A DNA stretch of 64,000 nt from an uncultured Rivularia sp. GTDB lineage: Bacteria; Cyanobacteriota; Cyanobacteriia; Cyanobacteriales; Nostocaceae. The notes below the pieces were generated by a model. That model saw only the letters and a program-made list of their open reading frames with translations, made no database searches and was not told where the DNA came from. The stretch lies in contig OY762007.1 of assembly GCA_963665115.1 (NCBI GenBank), positions 2,368,001-2,432,000 of the forward strand, read 5' to 3'. Position 1 is the stretch's first letter; the number at the start of each line of letters is the position of its first letter. This document shows positions 11,402 through 22,090 of this stretch, piece by piece. A program made the translations under genes and the position numbers.

Positions 11402-11695
11402 TTATGACTTAGCAAACAACGATTCCAACCCCGTATATGGTTTAAGCGGTAAAACTTCTATTTTTAATACTCCAGCTTTCACCATTGGAAATTCTTCTAC
11501 TATTTTCTGCATCGCTGATAAACTTTCGGCTTCGCACATCAACACTGCACCACTCATATCTGCTATGTAGTGAATCGAACGGACAACATCAGCAGAATAT
11601 TTTTCCCATACTTTTTGTGCTTCTGCTTGCACGTGAGGTTTAGCTTGCTTTGCTGTGATATCTTTCGGGATTCTTCCAATTAATAGAAATTGCAT
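11402..11695 (-). CDS. Small alpha/beta-barrel protein (muconolactone isomerase/YCII-like)
   Basis: 97 aa from MQFLLIG; EAQKVWEKY...VRSIHY...GAVLMCEAES...FPMVKAG pattern. Confidence 0.6.
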   Translation of the reverse strand: MQFLLIGRIPKDITAKQAKPHVQAEAQKVWEKYSADVVRSIHYIADMSGAVLMCEAESLSAMQKIVEEFPMVKAGVLKIEVLPLKPYTGLESLFAKS

Positions 11696-11736
11696 GATGC
11701 TTCTAAAATAATGGTGTTGGTTAATCAAAATACTGG

Positions 11737-11761
11737 AGACGTAGCACTGCTACGTCTCTAC
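11737..11761. repeat. GTAG-type REP-like palindrome
   Basis: GAGACGTAGCACTGCTACGTCTCTAC; second copy at ~22013-22039. Confidence 0.7.
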
Positions 11762-11860
11762 ATCGATTTCGTGTTTGATACAGATTAAAAAATAAGTAAA
11801 ATAACTGCCTCGTTACTATCTATGTAATTCAGCTTAAACTAATTCAGCTTATTAAATCTT

Positions 11861-11893
11861 GCACGTTATTGCTTTAATTAGCACATTATTGCT
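11861..11893. promoter_or_regulatory. Candidate AraC-family binding site (tandem direct repeat)
   Basis: GCACGTTATTGCT / GCACATTATTGCT, 20 bp period, upstream of the minus-strand SDR operon. Confidence 0.5.
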
Positions 11894-11944
11894 GTGAGGA
11901 AGGATATTGTTTTAAAATGAAAATAAAGTAAAGGGAAAAGACTC

Positions 11945-12553
11945 TTGAATCAGACATTAATACTAAAAGAAAAGTTACAGACTCTCTTAGAGGAAATTAC
12001 TTCTGAAGATGATTCACCCGTAACCAATTTGACTTTGGATAAAACCTTAGTTGAAGAAATTGAGCAGTTAACTACAAAAGTAGAAGAAGTTAACCCCAAT
12101 CCCCAACCGTTACTTAATGCAATTGATTTATTAAATGGAAAGTGGTTATTACAATACTCTACAGCAAGAGAAATTCGTTCTTTATCTTCTCTGCCATTGG
12201 GTTTAAAAATCGGGAAAGTTTATCAAGAAATTGATGTTGCAAATAAATCGTTTTCTAATCTAGCTTTTGTTAAACATCCTTGGGGATTAGTATCCGGAAG
12301 CGTTAAAGTTACAGCAACTTTTGAGCCAGCAGAAGATGAAACCAACAAACGCATCAACGTAAACTTTAATAAAAGATTCCTTTCAATTGAGAAACTTATC
12401 GGTATTCAAACTCCAAAACTGAATCCATTTAAAGTTGTTCAAGCTAAAAATCCTCAAGGTAGAATTCCTACTCTTGACGTTACATACTTAGATGAAACAT
12501 TAAGAATCGGCAGAGGAGGAGATGGAAGTTTATTTATTTTGAAGCGTGCTTAA
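11945..12553 (+). CDS. PAP/fibrillin family protein
   Basis: LLNGKWLLQYST and LDVTYLDETLRIGRGGDGSLFIL motifs. Confidence 0.88.
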   Translation: MNQTLILKEKLQTLLEEITSEDDSPVTNLTLDKTLVEEIEQLTTKVEEVNPNPQPLLNAIDLLNGKWLLQYSTAREIRSLSSLPLGLKIGKVYQEIDVANKSFSNLAFVKHPWGLVSGSVKVTATFEPAEDETNKRINVNFNKRFLSIEKLIGIQTPKLNPFKVVQAKNPQGRIPTLDVTYLDETLRIGRGGDGSLFILKRA

Positions 12554-13434
12554 TTATTTTGTTCGACAAATACTTTGGGAGTAATTCCTAACCAACGTTT
12601 AAAATGGCGATTGAGATGGCTTTGATGAGAAAATCCCACAATATAAGCAACTTGAGCAATTGTTAAATCACCTTGCAATAGCAATTGTTTAGCACGCTCT
12701 ACCCTAGTACAAATAATATATTGACGAGGAGGTAAACCAGTAGATTTTTTAAATTGACGAGCAAAATGATACGGACTAATTTCTACTAACGATGCTAATT
12801 CCTGCAAACTCAAATCTTTGTTTAAATCATCATTAATATACTCAACTATTTTATTTAGCTTGCGTTTTCCCAACCCACCTTGAAATTCTTTTAAAGGTTT
12901 TTCTTGAGTAGAATAATTTTTTATTAAATGTACCGACAAAAAATTTATTAATGACTCTAGATATAATTTGTCAGAATTGCCTGCTTGCAATTCAGAGCGC
13001 AAAGTCAAACCTAACTGTCGAATTAATCCATCTTCTGCCGTCCAATTTTCAAGAATTTCTAAATTACTACCGCGATATTCATCAGTAGCATTAGTAATAA
13101 TTTTTGTATCTAAGTAAATTGCTAGCAACTCTGATTCTTTTTCCCAAAAAACCTCTCGTTCTAAATCGGGTGGAACAATTGATACCTGTTCTTTGCCGAT
13201 AGATAAAGTTTGTTTATTTCCAATTGTACTTTGAGGACGTACTTTAATTAAAGAATCCCCAATAGGTACAGCTATTTTTATTTGTGATGTACTGTGTTCC
13301 GAGAAATACCTTTTAGGAATATAAGAATTGCTAATTTTTACGCCATCAATATGTAGCGTTTTATCCCATATATGTTGTGAGGTATTGGCTTCTTTCTCTA
13401 AAGTCGTCACGGCAGCGAATGTTGATAGCAGCAA
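12550..13434 (-). CDS. AraC family transcriptional regulator
   Basis: C-terminal double HTH (LSLQELA...SPYHFARQFK...VGFSHQSHLNRHFKRWLGITP). Confidence 0.92.
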   Translation of the reverse strand: MLLSTFAAVTTLEKEANTSQHIWDKTLHIDGVKISNSYIPKRYFSEHSTSQIKIAVPIGDSLIKVRPQSTIGNKQTLSIGKEQVSIVPPDLEREVFWEKESELLAIYLDTKIITNATDEYRGSNLEILENWTAEDGLIRQLGLTLRSELQAGNSDKLYLESLINFLSVHLIKNYSTQEKPLKEFQGGLGKRKLNKIVEYINDDLNKDLSLQELASLVEISPYHFARQFKKSTGLPPRQYIICTRVERAKQLLLQGDLTIAQVAYIVGFSHQSHLNRHFKRWLGITPKVFVEQNN

Positions 13435-13590
13435 TAATAAAATTAGAATAACTTTTTATTGCCGTTATGGATAGTAGGAGAGGTGGGGAGATGGAGAGAT
13501 AGGGAGAATAATTAATAATTCCTAACTCCTTACTTGCTACTCGCTACTTGCTACTCATAACTCATAACTCCTAACTCCTAACTAATAATT

Positions 13591-14031
13591 ATGAATACCA
13601 ATCAACGACAGCGCTATCAACAAATAATTTTATCCCACGCCAGAAAACCACAGCATAAAGGTAAAACTAATCCCATACATCGCCAAAATCAAGGTGAAAA
13701 TCCCTATTGCGGCGATAAAGTTGAATTAACCTTAATGCTAGATGAAACAGAAACAAAAATCGAAGATATCAAATTTGAAGGTGCCGGATGTGCTTTATGT
13801 TTGGCTTCTGCCGATTTAATGGCTGGTGCCGTTAAGAGTAAAGATGTATCGAAAGCGCTATTAATGGTAGAAGATTTTCGCAAGATGGTAATGGGAGAAA
13901 CTGAATTTAAACCACCTTTAGAAAAACTCAATATTATGCAAAGCGTTTCTCAATTTCCCATGCGGGTTAAATGCGTTACCTTGGCTTGGCATACTTTAAA
14001 AGGAGCTTTGGCTGGGGTAGAGAAAATATAA
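13591..14031 (+). CDS. sufU: SufU/NifU-N-type Fe-S assembly or sulfur-transfer protein
   Basis: NPYCGD, GAGCALC, RVKCVTLAW. Confidence 0.85.
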   Translation: MNTNQRQRYQQIILSHARKPQHKGKTNPIHRQNQGENPYCGDKVELTLMLDETETKIEDIKFEGAGCALCLASADLMAGAVKSKDVSKALLMVEDFRKMVMGETEFKPPLEKLNIMQSVSQFPMRVKCVTLAWHTLKGALAGVEKI

Positions 14032-14091
14032 ATGCTACAAGTTAAGTATTTTTTCGCTACCATCTAAATAATTTTTACGACAAAGCGAGCC

Positions 14092-16825
14092 ATGACAGGA
14101 AAGGTGAGGAAATTTCTTGCTAGAGACATTTGGGAAGTATTTAAAAAGCCAACCAGTACCATAGAAACAGGTGCAGAAGTAGGTAAAACTGGCTTGGAAT
14201 TAGCTCTAGCTATCGGTTTGCTGGGTTCTCCAATTGCACCTGCTGGAATTGCGATCGCAGGACTTTCTTGTGTGGGTTTGACAAATAAAGGGATTAAGTT
14301 TTATCTAGATAAGACAAAAGAGCAGCCAACTTTAGAGGAATGTGTAGTGTTGACATCTCGGTTGGCTTATTTGGAAAGTTTAGATAATATAATTCGCACT
14401 ATAAAAGACGAAAATTTAATAAATAAAATTCGGAATATACAGGCTTCCGAGGAATTACAGCAACGTACAGACGATTTACAGCTTACCGATACCGAAGCCA
14501 GAAAAGCGATTACCTGTTTCCGAGAAACGAAATTAGCAGAGGATTCAAATAGGCATTTATCATTTTTATTGAAAAAAGCAGGAATAACCAAACACGAAGC
14601 TGATATTATCACCCAGCGAGTTGCTTGCAATACTCAGCGATATATGAATCAAGCTTTAGCTGAGGTGGGAGATACAGTTAAATCTTTGTCAGGGATATTT
14701 AGCGATGGTTATCGTCAGGAATTGGAAAAATATCACAGCATTGACGATTATTTAGAAAATCATATTGCAACAAAACCTAAAGAAAAAGTCTTTGCAGAAA
14801 ATTTCGCGTTCCAAGATATTTACGTTCCTTTAAAAGCACAACCTTTAGATAAAAACGGTGACGAAGAGGAAAAACAGCAACCTGTTGATTTAGAGACTTG
14901 GGTAAAAGAATTACTGCAAAACCCAGATAAACAAGACAAAGTAATATTTATTCAAGGTAGCCCCGGACGTGGTAAAAGTGTATCATGTCGGATGATAGCC
15001 GATTTGGTAAGGCAGAATTTTTACCCGATTTGGATTCCCATTTTAATTCGCTTGCGGGATATTAGAACATTAGAGAAAAATTTTGAAAATACCTTAAAAG
15101 CCGCAGTTGATAGAGATTTTGCTGCCAATGATGATGGTTGGTTAACCGATAAGAATATCCGCTATTTGTTTTTACTTGATGGTTTTGACGAATTATTAAT
15201 GCAAGGAAGAACCACAGGTGGTTTAGAAGAATTTCTCAAACAGGTAGGAAGTTTTCAAGAAAGCTGTAACAGAAACCCCGAAAAAGCTCATCGAGTATTA
15301 ATTACAGGACGAACTTTGGCATTGCAAAGCATCGAAAGGAATATGCCAGCGAACTTGGAAAGAGTCAAAATACTTCCGATGGATGGGGAAGTTCAGCAGC
15401 AATGGTTTCGCAAATGGGAAGCACAAGTTGGTACAGATGAAATCATGGCTTTCCAGCAGTTTTTGCACGATGATAACTGTCCCGAAAGAGTAAGGGAACT
15501 AGCACAAGAACCATTATTGCTTTATTTACTCGCAGCAATGCACCGCGATGGTGAATTAACACCACAAACATTTGCTCAGAGTAGCGGAACCCAAGCCAAA
15601 ATTTTGATTTATCAGAAGTCTTTAGATTGGGTATTAACAAAACAACGTCCGGAAGGGTTACAGCGAGACATAACAGAACAAGATGCCGAAGATTTACGTC
15701 GCATTCTTACTGAAGCTGGTTTATGCGTCATGCAATCTGGTGGCGAATGTGCGCTGATGTCAATGATCGAACAGCGTCTTAAAGGAGATGAGACAGCAAA
15801 ACAGTTTTTAGAACAGGCAAGGGGACGTATCGGTGAAAATCCCCTTCGGAATGCACTAGCAGCTTTTTATCTCCAACCGGGAAGAAAAACGGGTTCGGTA
15901 GAATTTGCACATAAAAGTTTTAGTGAATTTTTATTTGCCGAACGTTTAAAGGAAAGTTTGGAAAGTTGGACGGAAACCGGGAAGGAAGGGAAGAGGTTTT
16001 CTCATCCAAGAAGAACAGATGCATTGGGAAATTTATGATTTGTTGGGTTACGGTGGTTTGACACCTGAAGTTGTGGAATATTTGATGAGTTTGGTTACGG
16101 AAAGTGATGAAATTCCTCTCGTTAAACTTTTTCAACGTTTAGATGACTTTTATCAACGCTGGTGTGATGGAGAATTTATTGATGCTTATACAGAAACTCT
16201 TCCCCAGAAGAAATCACGACAGTTGCACGAACAAGGTATTGAATTAGGACAGCGACAAGTTGATATTTATGCTGGTTTGAATGCGATGATTTTGCTGTTG
16301 GAGTTGAATCGGTATGCACGGGGAAGGGATGATTTGTGGAAAATTGCTTTTTATCCTTCGGGGCAATCGGAAGATAGATATACTTTGCAAATGTATAGAA
16401 TAATTTCTTACTGTAAAGCAGTTCAGGCAGAAATTTTTCATAAATTAATTAAACGATATCTCACGGATGTAGACCTCAGCCATGTATACCTTAGACGCAT
16501 AGACCTAAGCTTCGCAAATCTAAGTTATGCAAGCCTAAATCAAGCATATCTTAATGGTATAGACCTTAGCAACGCAGACCTTAGTAGAGCCGATTTAAGC
16601 AGTGCATATCTTGGCGATGCATACCTTAGCGGAGCATATTTAAGAGGTGCAGACTTCAGTAATGCATACCTGAATGGCGTAGATTTTAGTCACGCAAATT
16701 TAAGTGATGATATTTATGGTGATATTTGTTGGGATGAAAATACCAAATGGGAAGGTGTACAGGGATTGGAAACAGCAATTAATGTACCCGAAGCACTAAA
16801 GAAACAGTTGGGACTCTCAGAATAA
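14092..16825 (+). CDS. NACHT NTPase with C-terminal pentapeptide repeats (apparent +1 frameshift near 15980-16000)
   Basis: GSPGRGKS, LLDGFDE, FAHKSFSEF in ORF1; ORF2 continues with ADLSRADLSSAYL pentapeptides. Confidence 0.85.
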
Positions 16826-16848
16826 TTTGTAATTTTCTTAATTAATTA

Positions 16849-16921
16849 GTCATTGCGAGCGAAGCGAAGCAATCGCAGTTATTGGGATTGCTTCGGTTCA
16901 CTTTGTTCCGCTCGCAATGAC
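16849..16921. repeat. REP-like palindromic element
   Basis: GTCATTGCGAGCG...GAAGCAATC...GATTGCTTC...CGCTCGCAATGAC inverted arms. Confidence 0.7.
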
Positions 16922-17083
16922 ATATTATTTCTCTCACATTCCAAAACGACCATTCCTCCTAACCTCTTCCCTCAGCGCTCTCCGCGCTCTCTGCGGTTTT
17001 TTTCTCCATAATCCTGTGTCCACCACAAAAACCTCACCCCGCCCTACGGGCACCCCTCTCCTTGTCAAGGAGAAGGGAAAAGA

Positions 17084-18628
17084 CTAAGAAAACTTATTCA
17101 AAAATCCCAAAAGCTTCCTCGTACCATCCGTCAACTTAGTCCGCTTATAAGCATCAGCAGCTTTTTTAATTCCCTCAGCTTGCGTAGGATAAGGATGAAT
17201 TACACCGCTTAATTTATTCATCCCAATTCCATTTACAATTGCCGTAGTCACCTCAGAAATACTTTCACCAGCGTGTGAAGAAACAATAGTTGCACCAACA
17301 ATTTGATCGGTACCTTGTTTGAGGTGAACTTTGATAAAACCTTCGGTTTCCCCATCGGTAATTGCTCTATCTACATCTTCGTAATCTATCTTAATTGTAT
17401 TTACTTCCAAACCCTTTTCCCGCGCTTCATGTTCGTACATCCCTACATGAGCAATTTCTGGATCAGTAAATGTTACCCAAGGTACAACTAAATCGCTAAG
17501 TTTTTTACGTCCCAAACCAAAGGGAGCAAATAAAGCATTTTGAATTACAATTCTTGCTGTAGCATCTGCCATGTGAGTAAATTTTTCACTCAAGCAAATA
17601 TCTCCTGCTGCAAAAATCTTCGGATTTGTGGTTACTAAATTATCGTTTACTTTCACCCCTTTGCTATCATATTCAACACCAACAGTTTCTAAATTTAAAC
17701 CGTTGACATTTGGGGTTCTTCCCGCACCAACTAAAATTTCATCTACTATAATAGAGCCTTTTCTACCATTACTTGTATAATAGATTTTCTTACCTTCCGA
17801 AGTACTTTCTACCCGCTCTATTTGAGAACTTAAAATCAAATCAACTTTTTCTTTTTGAAATACCTTTTGCACAATTTCCGCAGCGTCGCTATCTTCTTTA
17901 TTTAATAAGTGCAAGCCGCGATGTAAAATTGTTACTTGAGAGCCAAAACGGTTAAAAGTTTGAGCTAATTCACAACCGATAGCACCACCGCCAATTATTG
18001 CCAAACGTCGCGGTAATTGAGTTAGATTAAATACAGTTTCATTAGTCAGATATCCGGCTTCTTTCATACCAGGAATATCCGGTTGTGTAGCTCTCGCTCC
18101 CGTAGCAATTACTGCTTTTTTAAACTTAAGTTTTTTACCAGCAACTTCAATAGTATCTCCACTAGTGAAACTTGCCGCACCCAAAAACACGTCCATACCA
18201 ATGTTGGTAAAGCGCTCAACCGAATCAACTGGGCTGATATCTGCTCTGATTCTCCGCATTCGTTCCATAACTGCGGGAAAATCAACTTCTACCTGTTGAG
18301 GAGCCACAACTCCATACTCCTTCGCCTTCCACATTTCACCAACAACGCGAGCAGAGCGAATCAAACTTTTAGAAGGTACGCAACCAACATTAGTACAATC
18401 GCCACCCATCAAATGTTTTTCAATCAAAGCCACCTTCAAGCCTACATTTAAACCCGCAGCCCCCGCAGAAGTTACCAAACCCGCAGCACCCGCACCAATT
18501 ACAACCAAATCGTAACAATCGGCAGGCTCCGGATTTTTCCAATCGTTGGGATGCAAATTCGCAATCAATCTTTGATTGTGTTCATCCATCGGGGGAACAA
18601 TTACTCTTTCAAATGCTGTATTAGTCAT
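17084..18628 (-). CDS. Pyridine nucleotide-disulfide oxidoreductase (MerA-like, lacking the C-terminal Cys-Cys)
   Basis: GAGAAG, redox CTNVGC, GGGAIG, HPYPT. Confidence 0.88.
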   Translation of the reverse strand: MTNTAFERVIVPPMDEHNQRLIANLHPNDWKNPEPADCYDLVVIGAGAAGLVTSAGAAGLNVGLKVALIEKHLMGGDCTNVGCVPSKSLIRSARVVGEMWKAKEYGVVAPQQVEVDFPAVMERMRRIRADISPVDSVERFTNIGMDVFLGAASFTSGDTIEVAGKKLKFKKAVIATGARATQPDIPGMKEAGYLTNETVFNLTQLPRRLAIIGGGAIGCELAQTFNRFGSQVTILHRGLHLLNKEDSDAAEIVQKVFQKEKVDLILSSQIERVESTSEGKKIYYTSNGRKGSIIVDEILVGAGRTPNVNGLNLETVGVEYDSKGVKVNDNLVTTNPKIFAAGDICLSEKFTHMADATARIVIQNALFAPFGLGRKKLSDLVVPWVTFTDPEIAHVGMYEHEAREKGLEVNTIKIDYEDVDRAITDGETEGFIKVHLKQGTDQIVGATIVSSHAGESISEVTTAIVNGIGMNKLSGVIHPYPTQAEGIKKAADAYKRTKLTDGTRKLLGFLNKFS

Positions 18629-18761
18629 AATTGGTTGTTAGTAGTACGAGCATCTTGCTCGCTAATGTATAAACGTAGTGGGAGCATCTTGCTCCCTGTA
18701 TTCAAAAATTGATAATTGATAATTATTAACTGGTTACTGTTAACTGTTCACTGTTCACTGT

Positions 18762-19505
18762 TCACTGCTCACTGTTCACTGCATTTGTTGATTCATCTAA
18801 AGCTTTTCTCGCAACTTTTGTAACATATAAAGTAACTGCAACTGTCGCGATAAAACCGATAATACGAATTGCCCAAACAACGGTAGGATTACTTGGTTGA
18901 TCTCCGGTTCCAATAGTGGCGATATTACCAGCTAAAGAACCCAAATAAACATACATAATGGTTCCGGGAAGAATGCCGATAGTTCCTAAAACATAGTCTT
19001 TTAAAGAAACTCCGGTAACACCATAGGCGTAGTTTAATAAGTTAAAGGGAAATACTGGAGAAAGTCTAGTTAATAAGACAATTTTTAAACCTTCCCTACC
19101 TACAGCTTTATCAACTGCGGCAAACTTTTCATTACCTGCAATTTTATTTGCAACCCAACCCCTGGCTATATATCGTCCAACAAGAAAAGCTGCGATCGCG
19201 CCAATTGTTGCACCGATAAAAACGTATACCGAACCTAAAAACACATCAAAAACTACCCCCGCACCCAAAGTTAAAATCGAGCCTGGTAGAAAAGCAACGG
19301 TAGCGACAATATAAAGTAAAATGAACGCAATCCCACCTACCGCACCTTGTTCATTAATCCATTCCAAAGCATTTTTTAGCCATATCTGAGGACTAAAACC
19401 TTGTGCATTTGCGCTTTCTTGAGCCAGAGCCGGATTTGCATTTAATAGAATTATTACGCTAAATGCAACCACTGCAAATAGACTAAACCGAGAAAATTTA
19501 TTCAT
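18762..19505 (-). CDS. TVP38/TMEM64 (DedA) membrane protein
   Basis: LPGSILTLGAG, RLSPVFPFNLLNY. Confidence 0.9.
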   Translation of the reverse strand: MNKFSRFSLFAVVAFSVIILLNANPALAQESANAQGFSPQIWLKNALEWINEQGAVGGIAFILLYIVATVAFLPGSILTLGAGVVFDVFLGSVYVFIGATIGAIAAFLVGRYIARGWVANKIAGNEKFAAVDKAVGREGLKIVLLTRLSPVFPFNLLNYAYGVTGVSLKDYVLGTIGILPGTIMYVYLGSLAGNIATIGTGDQPSNPTVVWAIRIIGFIATVAVTLYVTKVARKALDESTNAVNSEQ

Positions 19506-19606
19506 TTTTTTAGTTATTACTTATTAGCTATTAGTTGTTGATTGTCAGAACTTATGCGTTAGGAATTAAGGTTTATTTAACCTTTGACCTTTGACCTTTA
19601 ACCCGA

Positions 19607-20314
19607 TCAATTTGTACTTTCTTTCAAAGCTTTTTTCGCTACTTTAGAAATATAAAAAGTAACAAAAACTGTAGCTATTAATCCAACTCCTTGTAACAAC
19701 AACTGAAGAAATTGTGTTTCCGGATTTTTGGGAATAGATGGGTTTTTGATCGCGATATCACCTATCAAAGAACCCATGTAAACATACATAGCAGTTCCTG
19801 GAATCATACCGATGGAGCCTAAAATATAATCTTTTAGAGAGACTTGGGTAACTCCGAAAGCATAATTTAATAAATTGAACGGAAAGATGGGAGATAATCG
19901 AGTTAGAAAAACTATTTTTAATCCATTTTTTGCAACTGCTTTATCTATCGCTTTAAAATTGGGTTTATTACCTATTTGCTGACATACCCAATCGCGAGAT
20001 ATGTAACGCCCAACCAAAAATGCAAAAGTTGCTCCTATAGTTGCAGCAATCAATACATATATTGAACCCCATAGAAAACCAAACAAACAACCTCCTTTTA
20101 AAGTTAACAAGGAACCTGGAATAAACAGTAATGTTGCAATGTTGTAGATAACAATAAATGCAACTGGTGCTAACCAACCGAGACTGTCTACCCACAATAA
20201 AGATTTACTGAAAAGCTCTTGTAAATCAAAATAATTGCCAATAATAATAATTAGAATCGCAGTGAAGCAACCTACTAATATTGGTTTAAGAAAGTGTTTG
20301 TACTGGTTTTTCAT
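19607..20314 (-). CDS. TVP38/TMEM64 (DedA) membrane protein
   Basis: IPGSLLTLKGG, RLSPIFPFNLLNY. Confidence 0.9.
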   Translation of the reverse strand: MKNQYKHFLKPILVGCFTAILIIIIGNYFDLQELFSKSLLWVDSLGWLAPVAFIVIYNIATLLFIPGSLLTLKGGCLFGFLWGSIYVLIAATIGATFAFLVGRYISRDWVCQQIGNKPNFKAIDKAVAKNGLKIVFLTRLSPIFPFNLLNYAFGVTQVSLKDYILGSIGMIPGTAMYVYMGSLIGDIAIKNPSIPKNPETQFLQLLLQGVGLIATVFVTFYISKVAKKALKESTN

Positions 20315-20343
20315 GTAAATGCAATCATTGGTTGTTTAAAAAT

Positions 20344-20455
20344 CCGGCGGTTGAAACCGCGACTACACAGTCAAAGTCCCACCTGCGTGGACTAATTATC
20401 CTATAACCCACGCAGGTGGGTTTCGCTTGTGTAGCCGCGACTTCTAGTCGCCAGG
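20344..20455. repeat. Palindromic REP/MITE-like element
   Basis: CGCGACTACACA...CCCACCTGCGTGG / CCACGCAGGTGGG...TGTGTAGCCGCG inverted arms. Confidence 0.6.
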
Positions 20456-20508
20456 TGAACTCAAATATCAACTAACAATTACTCTAAATCACTAACCTGA
20501 GAATCAGC

Positions 20509-21291
20509 TTAATGCTTAATTAGTTTTTCCCCACGGTACCAGCTGCGAATTCTTTCAGGTGAAATTCCTAGAAAATAAGCAATTATTACAAATTGATTTA
20601 TTAAAGTTGTTTGCAAAATCCCTTTTTTTAGCCAGCGACGCGGTGAAGTAACGACTGGTACCGGAATAAAAGTAATTTTGCCCAAGTCTTTTAAATTGCG
20701 TATAAGCTCAAAGTCTTCCATAATAGCTAATTCGGGAAAACCACCAATATTATTAAATTTATCTTTAGTTATAAAAATAGCTTGATCCCCGTAAGGCATT
20801 TTAAACAATTTTGAACGGTATTTTACCCCCCATTCAACTAATCGCAAACCTATATCTGGTGCATTAATTCGCAGAGCGAAGGCACCTGCGACAGTTGACG
20901 GTTGTTGTAATGCTGTACGAATCATCGCATCAAAATTAGCTGGTAAAAGTGTATCGGCATGGAGAAATAGCAAAATATCACCCGTGGCATTTCTTGCACC
21001 TGCATTCATCTGACGAGCGCGATTTTTATAACCTGAGATAACTTTTACGCTAAAAGATGCTGCAATATCAACTGTATTATCTTCAGAGCCACCATCAACT
21101 ACAATTACTTCAATATTCGTACTAGTTTGAGTACTAACTAAAGTAGCTTTGATATTTTCCGATTCATTAAGAGTAGGAATAATAATCGAAATTTTTGCCG
21201 TGGCGATGCTTCTATTGCCATTTTTTAAGAACGGATCTTTTTCTTTTTTCAGAGTTGTTTGTTTGTACATATTGCGATAAATATACGACAA
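20509..21291 (-). CDS. GT2 glycosyltransferase, TIGR04283 (arsenosugar-associated) type
   Basis: IIIPTLNE, VVDGGS, RARQMNAGA, FLHAD, PYGDQ, MED, TSPRRW; start uncertain. Confidence 0.85.
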   Translation of the reverse strand: MSYIYRNMYKQTTLKKEKDPFLKNGNRSIATAKISIIIPTLNESENIKATLVSTQTSTNIEVIVVDGGSEDNTVDIAASFSVKVISGYKNRARQMNAGARNATGDILLFLHADTLLPANFDAMIRTALQQPSTVAGAFALRINAPDIGLRLVEWGVKYRSKLFKMPYGDQAIFITKDKFNNIGGFPELAIMEDFELIRNLKDLGKITFIPVPVVTSPRRWLKKGILQTTLINQFVIIAYFLGISPERIRSWYRGEKLIKH

Positions 21292-21342
21292 AATTATGAA
21301 TAAAATGTCAATATAAGACTATAGGTTGCTAACGTCAAAGAT

Positions 21343-21792
21343 TTACTTGCTGATTTTTAGCCAGAATGCTGCTGTTATTCCCCAAACACAGTTGAACAAT
21401 ATTACAAATATCGGCGTAAGGCTTCCTAATTCAACACCCATCATTCCTTTATTAGCTTTCAAAGGAAATACAACAAAAAGTTGAATTAGAGTAGGTAATA
21501 AACTTAATAAAATACCTTTATACAGATATTTTCTGGGGAAGAAAGGTAAAAGAAACAAAAAACTCCAAATTCCACCCCAAACAATCCGGGGGTATAGCCA
21601 AGCTGCGGTTAAGGTAGGCGCAATTTGAACGTTAAATAACGCTGTTATACCAGCAATACCAAACAGCCAAACCGTAATCGAATTTAAAAATCCGCCAAGA
21701 CATCCAGCAGCAAAGACAAGGCTTAGATTTTTGGCAATAATTTTAGTAATATCTTTTTTTTGCTTGGGAGGTGATACTGTACTGCTTTTCAT
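21343..21792 (-). CDS. Hypothetical membrane protein
   Basis: Four hydrophobic segments; LYPRIVWGGIW. Confidence 0.7.
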   Translation of the reverse strand: MKSSTVSPPKQKKDITKIIAKNLSLVFAAGCLGGFLNSITVWLFGIAGITALFNVQIAPTLTAAWLYPRIVWGGIWSFLFLLPFFPRKYLYKGILLSLLPTLIQLFVVFPLKANKGMMGVELGSLTPIFVILFNCVWGITAAFWLKISK

Positions 21793-22090
21793 TATTTGTA
21801 ATCAGATGCACAATGGATCTATGATTCATTATGAATTACAATTCTGAAAATTTGATGAGTCTGCTATTAGAATTTGATTAATTGACGAAAAGTATGATAC
21901 AAAGCTTGCTATAGTAGTTCACATTTCAATATTTGTATCTGTTAACTAACAAATAAATAATTTTTTATATCAATACTATATAAAGCGTTATTTTGACGGT
22001 ACGCAATTAGGTGTAGAGACGTAGCAGTGCTACGTCTTCATAAATCATGGTTGTTGTTAGATGAAAGCTATAATTTATTTTGTCAAAAAT

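Noticed and set aside
17084..18628. True mercuric reductase merA
   Set aside because: No C-terminal Cys-Cys, no NmerA domain, no mer operon genes
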